Shown here one piece after another: positions 59,542 to 64,000 of a stretch of 64,000 nt of DNA. This DNA is from an uncultured Candidatus Saccharibacteria bacterium (lineage in GTDB: Bacteria > Patescibacteriota > Saccharimonadia > Saccharimonadales > UBA4665): the NCBI GenBank assembly GCA_964494765.1, contig CAZBRP010000008.1:4069-68068 (forward strand), given 5' to 3'. Under the pieces are notes generated by a model. It was not told the DNA's origin, searched no databases, and saw only the letters and a list, made by a program, of their open reading frames with translations. The position numbers were made by a program, and so were the translations under genes. The stretch's first letter is position 1; each line of letters begins with the position of its first letter.

Positions 59542-60093
59542 ATGAATAAAACAAACGTTGAAAAGCTGATTTACCGATTATTGTCGGAGCTTGAGAGTAA
59601 TCCCGACAGGGAAGGACTCTGGGACACCCCGAGCCGTGTAGCTAAGGCATATGCTGAGACTTTAAGCGGCTACGATAGGTCACTTGCTAGTGAGATGACT
59701 GTATTTAAGAATGAGTATGGCTATAAGGACATAATCTATTCAGGAAAAATTAACTTTTACTCAACATGCGAGCACCACCTCCTGCCTTTTTTCGGTGAGG
59801 CGCACATTGCCTATATCCCCAAAGATAAAATAGCAGGAATAAGTAAGCTCGCCAGGGCAATTGATATTTTTGCACGTCGCCTGCAGGAGCAGGAGCGTAT
59901 AACTGTACAGGTAGCGAACGAGCTAGAAAAAGTATTAGAACCCCTAGGGGTCGCTGTTATGCTTAATGCAAAGCACTTTTGCAATATGTCTAGAGGAGTT
60001 CACCAGCAGGACTTTGAGCTCAAGACCTTTGCTTATCGCGGTAACTTTGCTGATAGCACCGAGTTGAAGTCGCATTTCTTGAGGCTTATGTAA
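59542..60093 (+). CDS. folE: GTP cyclohydrolase I (FolE type)
   Basis: STCEHHLLPF zinc/active-site motif and QERLT-like QERITVQ. 183 aa. Confidence 0.9.
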   Translation: MNKTNVEKLIYRLLSELESNPDREGLWDTPSRVAKAYAETLSGYDRSLASEMTVFKNEYGYKDIIYSGKINFYSTCEHHLLPFFGEAHIAYIPKDKIAGISKLARAIDIFARRLQEQERITVQVANELEKVLEPLGVAVMLNAKHFCNMSRGVHQQDFELKTFAYRGNFADSTELKSHFLRLM

Positions 60094-60188
60094 TTAGATC
60101 TCAAATCCTTAAGTTACACAACGATTGTCACAAATTTGGCGTATTACTTTTCTTCTTGTGAAAACAAGGATGCTATGTTAGAAACATG

Positions 60189-60197
60189 TGATAGAAT
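60189..60197 (+). promoter_or_regulatory. Extended -10 TGaTAGAAT 11 nt upstream of ATG 60209
   Basis: catgTGATAGAATaggaactgattATG. Confidence 0.4.
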
Positions 60198-60208
60198 AGG
60201 AACTGATT

Positions 60209-60799
60209 ATGATAATACACTTTATTGCAGCCAAGGGAAGTATAGTTCGGGAAATCGATAATTACAGAGAGATTGTTAAATATATTAAGGATAGTGGCCA
60301 TAGCTTGGCTCGTGACTGGGTTGAGGATTACTATAAGTTTGCTAAGGGCAGCAGCGCAGCTGAGGAGAGTGAGACACAAGTTGACTGGGGCAAGATGGAC
60401 GTTGAGAATATGGCGGCCATCTCAAAGGCAGATATAATTATCGCTGAGGCGACTGAACGCAGTTTTTTTGTTGGCTACCAAGTCGCTCAAGCAGTTAACC
60501 AGAAAAAGCCAGTTCTAATCCTTGCTAGAGGCCAGACCTTTGCTGGTGTTCACGACCTCCATGTATCTTCTGATTTCATGAAAGGCAAGGTCTACACTCC
60601 AGAGACGTTGAAGCAGATTATAGACGCATTTATTAGTGAAAATACGATCGAAAATAAAGACCTACGCTTCAACTTCTTTATTGACCGTAAAATATATAAC
60701 TACTTGAGGTGGGCATCATTCAAGACTGGTAAGACTAAGGCGGAAATTCTCCGCGATCTAGTACAACATGAGATTGAGCAGCAGGATTACCACCCTTAA
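60209..60799 (+). CDS. DNPH1/Rcl-like (nucleoside 2-deoxyribosyltransferase superfamily) domain fused to a C-terminal ribbon-helix-helix-like tail; array member 1 (GYQ variant)
   Basis: MIIHFIAAKGS...LARDWVE...ADIIIAEATERSFFVGYQVAQAVNQKKPVLILAR. Compare DNPH1 ADVVVAEVTQPSLGVGYELGRAVALGKPILCLFR (recalled from memory). C-terminus RFNFFIDRKIYNYLRWASFKTGKTKAEILRDLVQHEI. Confidence 0.7.
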   Translation: MIIHFIAAKGSIVREIDNYREIVKYIKDSGHSLARDWVEDYYKFAKGSSAAEESETQVDWGKMDVENMAAISKADIIIAEATERSFFVGYQVAQAVNQKKPVLILARGQTFAGVHDLHVSSDFMKGKVYTPETLKQIIDAFISENTIENKDLRFNFFIDRKIYNYLRWASFKTGKTKAEILRDLVQHEIEQQDYHP

Positions 60800-60893
60800 G
60801 AGTTTTAGTATACAAAATACTTCACAAAAACTAACCTTCTAGTATAATACGTAATTATCTGTATAAATCGTCATATGACGCTAGGAGCTTTTA

Positions 60894-61490
60894 GTGATCG
60901 TACATATTGGAGGCGGTGCCCGCTCACTGGGTGATGATCTGCCTTACCTTCGCAAAATTATTGATGTTGTCCGCGAGGGTGGTGACGAAATCTCGCGAAA
61001 CTGGATAGAAATAACTAACCACAACGTGACGGTTAAAGAAATAAAGCCAGAGCAAGTTGACTGGAAAGATATTGCCAGCCAGAACAAATTAGCGCTTGCT
61101 CGTGCTGACGTATACATCGCGGATGTTACGGCATACAGGCTTTCAAACGGTTATGAACTTGCCCAGGCCCTACAGCAAAACAAGCCTGTGCTATTAGTAG
61201 CGCGCAAGTCGTTTAAGCAGTTTGCTATTTCTGGTGTCCAGAATGATCTGCTTACCATGCAAGAATATTCTACCCAGGAAGAGCTTAGCGAAATTGTTGC
61301 GAAATTTTTAGAGCAAAATAGAATACCTACAGACCTGAAAACTGTTGAAATTCCTCTGGATTTAGAACTGTATAGGTATATAAAACAACAAGAAACTAAC
61401 ACTGGCAGGGCAACTAGTGATATCCTGTACGAGCTCGCCAAAAGGGGGCTTAAAAAAGACTTAACAACAGTAAAGGATATGCCATGTTAG
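60894..61490 (+). CDS. DNPH1/Rcl-like domain plus RHH-like tail; array member 2 (GYE retained)
   Basis: GTG start with AGGAG 6 nt upstream. ADVYIADVTAYRLSNGYELAQALQQNKPVLLVAR. C-terminus VEIPLDLELYRYIKQQETNTGRATSDILYELAKRGL. Confidence 0.7.
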   Translation: MIVHIGGGARSLGDDLPYLRKIIDVVREGGDEISRNWIEITNHNVTVKEIKPEQVDWKDIASQNKLALARADVYIADVTAYRLSNGYELAQALQQNKPVLLVARKSFKQFAISGVQNDLLTMQEYSTQEELSEIVAKFLEQNRIPTDLKTVEIPLDLELYRYIKQQETNTGRATSDILYELAKRGLKKDLTTVKDMPC

Positions 61491-62053
61491 TTCACTTAAC
61501 CGGTAGTGCGCGAAATCTACAAAATGATCTTCAATTTTTACGTGCAATAACCCAAGCAATTCATGAATCTGATTCGAGTCTGGCCCGCAACTGGATTGAA
61601 GCAGCGGCTAACCGCGTTTTACGCGGTGGTCTGCCCGACAGGGAAGTTGACTGGACGCATGTAATTGACGATAACGAGCGCGCCGTGCGTGATGCTGATG
61701 TTTTAGTTGTTGAAGCATCAACCGGTGGCTTCTTGCTTGGTTACGAAGTATGCTACGCACTATCCCTCAACAAGCCGATACTCATTGTTAGCCGCCCTGA
61801 CGTAAGGGCACGGGCACTTTACGGTTTAAAGGACAGGGAAATAGAGATCAAGGAATATACTACCGAGCGTGAGCTTTATAAGATCGTTAGGGCATTTATT
61901 AGCGAGCACACAGTTCCCGAGCAAAGCGTTGAGCAGGCGATACCTGTGACCCCAGCTCTTCATCGATATCTTGAGGCTGAATACAAGAAGACTAACTTAG
62001 ACAAGTCAGAGATTTTGTTAGCTCTTGCGGAGCGTGGGCTTAACAGCAAATAG
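61484..62053 (+). CDS. DNPH1/Rcl-like domain plus RHH-like tail; array member 3 (GYE retained)
   Basis: 7-nt overlap with member 2. ADVLVVEASTGGFLLGYEVCYALSLNKPILIVSR. C-terminus IPVTPALHRYLEAEYKKTNLDKSEILLALAERGL. Confidence 0.7.
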   Translation: MLVHLTGSARNLQNDLQFLRAITQAIHESDSSLARNWIEAAANRVLRGGLPDREVDWTHVIDDNERAVRDADVLVVEASTGGFLLGYEVCYALSLNKPILIVSRPDVRARALYGLKDREIEIKEYTTERELYKIVRAFISEHTVPEQSVEQAIPVTPALHRYLEAEYKKTNLDKSEILLALAERGLNSK

Positions 62054-62060
62054 GATATAT

Positions 62061-62636
62061 ATGGTCATTCATTTAGTTTCAAGTTTCAGGCAATGGAATG
62101 GTAATTTTGAGTTTTTAGAGAAAATTGTAGAAACAGTTCACCAAAATAATGGTGAGTTAGCGCGAAATTGGCTGGATTTGGTAGCCGCAAAGGTAAAGAA
62201 TGACACACTCATTAAGGAGAACTGGAAGCAGGTAGTTCAAGAGAACATTGAAGCTATTGCTCGCTGCGATGCCGTAATTGTCGAGGCTAGTGATTACGGA
62301 TTTTTGGATGGCTTTCAGATGGCAACTGCTCTTCGATACGACAAGCCCATTCTAGTAGTTGGTAGGATAAGCTTAGACGACTGGGCGATATCTGGGCTAA
62401 AAAGTGAATCAGTGATTATCGAGCAATATCAGAATAAGGAAGAACTGGAGCAGTTAGTTGTCAACTTCTTGAGTAGCGATATGGTTGCCGCTCAACCAGA
62501 GGTAAAAACAGCCCTAGGTCCACAGTTATATGAAGCAGTGCGCAGCGCGGCAACCAGAGCCGGGGTTAGCGAATCGCAGGCGCTGCGTGATCTCGCGCGA
62601 GCTGGACTGGAAGCAACGACTACATCAGGCAAATAG
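62061..62636 (+). CDS. DNPH1/Rcl-like domain plus RHH-like tail; array member 4 (GFQ variant)
   Basis: Start set to ATG 62061 (MVIHLVSS, parallel to the other members). CDAVIVEASDYGFLDGFQMATALRYDKPILVVGR. C-terminus ALGPQLYEAVRSAATRAGVSESQALRDLARAGL. Confidence 0.68.
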   Translation: MVIHLVSSFRQWNGNFEFLEKIVETVHQNNGELARNWLDLVAAKVKNDTLIKENWKQVVQENIEAIARCDAVIVEASDYGFLDGFQMATALRYDKPILVVGRISLDDWAISGLKSESVIIEQYQNKEELEQLVVNFLSSDMVAAQPEVKTALGPQLYEAVRSAATRAGVSESQALRDLARAGLEATTTSGK

Positions 62637-62704
62637 ACTCAATCTGTATAACTGGTATTTACACACGCTAAAGGGGTGCTATAATCAGGGCTTGGAGTCT
62701 TTTT

Positions 62705-63271
62705 ATGATTATTCATCTTACAGGTAGTGCACACAACATCGAAAAAGATATGCCTTTTTATAGAAGGATGATTCAGGTTATTCACGAGAGTGACGGCATT
62801 CTTGCACGAGACTGGCTTGAGACAGCATTTCATAGCCGAAGCAAAAAAGGCAGTGCTAGTGACGAAGAGGCAGTATCTGACGCTGATCTTGCAGCTATTA
62901 GCCGTTCCGACATTGTGATTATAGACATCACTCACCATGCTTTTTCGCAAGGTTTTCAATCTGCAATAGCTATCAACCAAAAGAAGCCGCTGCTTCTTGT
63001 TTCGCGTACGCCAATTAAAAAGCATGCTATTTCTGGCTACAAGAGCAAGCTGCTTACTACTGCTGAGTACAAAACCGAGGAAGATTTAGACAAGATTGTT
63101 AAGGACTTTATTGTTGCTAACACTATTGCAACTAAAGACCTGCGATTTAACATGTTTATCGATCGTCCAATTTATAACTATTTGCGCAGTGTTTCTTACG
63201 AGTCGGGCAAGAATAAGTCTGAGATTATTCGTGAGCTTATTGAGCGCGAAATCCGTAAGCAAAAAGATTAG
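62705..63271 (+). CDS. DNPH1/Rcl-like domain plus RHH-like tail; array member 5 (GFQ variant)
   Basis: TGcTATAAT at 62677-62685 and GGAG 7 nt upstream of the ATG. SDIVIIDITHHAFSQGFQSAIAINQKKPLLLVSR. C-terminus RFNMFIDRPIYNYLRSVSYESGKNKSEIIRELIEREI. Confidence 0.7.
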   Translation: MIIHLTGSAHNIEKDMPFYRRMIQVIHESDGILARDWLETAFHSRSKKGSASDEEAVSDADLAAISRSDIVIIDITHHAFSQGFQSAIAINQKKPLLLVSRTPIKKHAISGYKSKLLTTAEYKTEEDLDKIVKDFIVANTIATKDLRFNMFIDRPIYNYLRSVSYESGKNKSEIIRELIEREIRKQKD

Positions 63272-63306
63272 CGAGTAATTTTTAGCCAGTTGTGGATTTT
63301 TGTAAG

Positions 63307-63329
63307 ACGGGCCCTGATGGGCTCGTTTT
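63307..63329 (+). terminator. Rho-independent terminator after the array
   Basis: 8-bp stem acgggccc/gggctcgt (one G-U) with a 4-nt loop, followed by tttt. Confidence 0.5.
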
Positions 63330-63407
63330 GTGTGTGTAGCAATCGCTAGCAAGCGCTAAGGCTGCGAGCGCGCGCCATGGTAATACGCAGGCCCCATAGT
63401 GTAAACA

Positions 63408-63752
63408 CTAGTCAAAAGTAATATGGCAAGGTTCGCGGCAGCACCGAATGGTGTAGCCGGCAATGTACTGTGTGAGCGCCTTGGGCGGTGAAAAATTGCC
63501 TTGTGGGCTATTTTTAAGGCTCCTGTGGCTTTCTGGTATCCTGTGTGCGTAATTATGTGGCTTGGTGTCTGGCACAGACAGCGCAAGGCCACAGAAGGCG
63601 CAGGCGCGGCCCTGCAGTTGGTCTTCTGTGAGTAGCTGCTTGAGCCTTGTGTGCCAGTATACCCAGGCGGTGTCGTTAAGAAAGAGTGTGTCATGAAAGT
63701 GGTATGAGTACCATTCGGCCGCCGCATCGTCCATAGTTAATAATAATTGCAT
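63408..63752 (-). CDS. Small Cys/His-rich protein, possible HNH-like nuclease
   Basis: CAFCG...HNYAHRIP...CCREPCH spacing is reminiscent of an HNH/zinc-finger nuclease. A second long ORF (63356..63727) overlaps in another frame, so the coding frame is uncertain. Confidence 0.3.
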   Translation of the reverse strand: MQLLLTMDDAAAEWYSYHFHDTLFLNDTAWVYWHTRLKQLLTEDQLQGRACAFCGLALSVPDTKPHNYAHRIPESHRSLKNSPQGNFSPPKALTQYIAGYTIRCCREPCHITFD

Positions 63753-63845
63753 ACAGTTAAGTCCGGTCAGTGTGGTAAGGTGAGTACGTAATTATACGTA
63801 CGTATGCGGATAATACAATTGAACCGGCATTCTTGCAAGTGCAAA

Positions 63846-63878
63846 ATAAAAAATAGCCCTGGCTTTGGGCTATTTTTT
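63846..63878. terminator. Bidirectional rho-independent terminator
   Basis: Stem aaaaaatagccc/gggctatttttt with a 7-nt loop. It lies downstream of the partial minus-strand ORF at the window end. Confidence 0.7.
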
Positions 63879-63922
63879 AGATTTCCTACATAAAGCTTGC
63901 TTTTGCAGCTCAGCCTATGGTT

Positions 63923-64000
63923 TTATTTTTTGGCCTCAGGAGTAGAGGCAGCCTTTTCGTAACGCTTAAATACTCGTTTAAACTGGCCAGCTACAAACTT
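63923..64000 (-). CDS. Partial ORF, 3' end only (...KFVAGQFKRVFKRYEKAASTPEAKK*)
   Basis: Open to the window edge. Lys-rich C-terminus followed by a strong terminator. Confidence 0.25.
   Translation of the reverse strand, partial: KFVAGQFKRVFKRYEKAASTPEAKK

Overview
This is a gene-dense bacterial chromosome segment with short intergenic regions and many 4-nt ATGA stop/start overlaps. It holds three tRNA genes with encoded CCA. No rRNA, CRISPR array or transposase-type IS was seen. The gene content fits a reduced-genome Patescibacteria/CPR (Saccharibacteria-like) organism: a minimal housekeeping set, many membrane-anchored or secreted hypothetical proteins, a short AlaRS and frequent leaderless-looking starts. 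That placement is inference only.

Layout:
(i) nt 1-11.4k is a visibly AT-richer island. It carries a type I R-M operon (hsdM-hsdS-hsdR) extended by a degenerate methylase/TRD fusion, a 2-TM protein and a PD-(D/E)xK-like protein. It ends with a large serine recombinase whose 3' end overlaps tRNA-Gly(GCC) antisense.
(ii) 11.5-18.2k is a surface-glycan module: GH16, a second secreted hydrolase-like protein, a NodB deacetylase with three CBM-like repeats, and a processive GT2 synthase.
(iii) 18.3-23.3k holds two pairs of paralogous hypothetical proteins around tRNA-Cys and tRNA-Leu.
(iv) Housekeeping genes: metG, tatD, cysteine desulfurase, mnmA, alaS, ftsA, ruvX, mltG, a LysM-CHAP hydrolase, obg, sbcB, uvrA, folE.
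(v) 28.3-34.3k is an F1-type ATPase operon (b-like, delta, alpha, gamma, beta, epsilon). It has no adjacent a or c genes. The slot where the c gene would sit is occupied by a secreted-domain protein ending in a c-subunit-like hairpin.
(vi) 34.4-40.7k is a cell-surface locus: three paralogous secreted proteins, a two-Ig-domain DUF916/DUF3324-like membrane protein, and a PKD-domain protein.
(vii) 58.8-63.3k has folE flanked by six DNPH1/Rcl-type (nucleoside 2-deoxyribosyltransferase superfamily) genes. Five of them form a tandem array, each fused to a C-terminal ribbon-helix-helix-like tail.

The best candidates for an undescribed system are (vii), the R-M accessory module in (i), the atypical ATPase in (v) and the surface locus in (vi).
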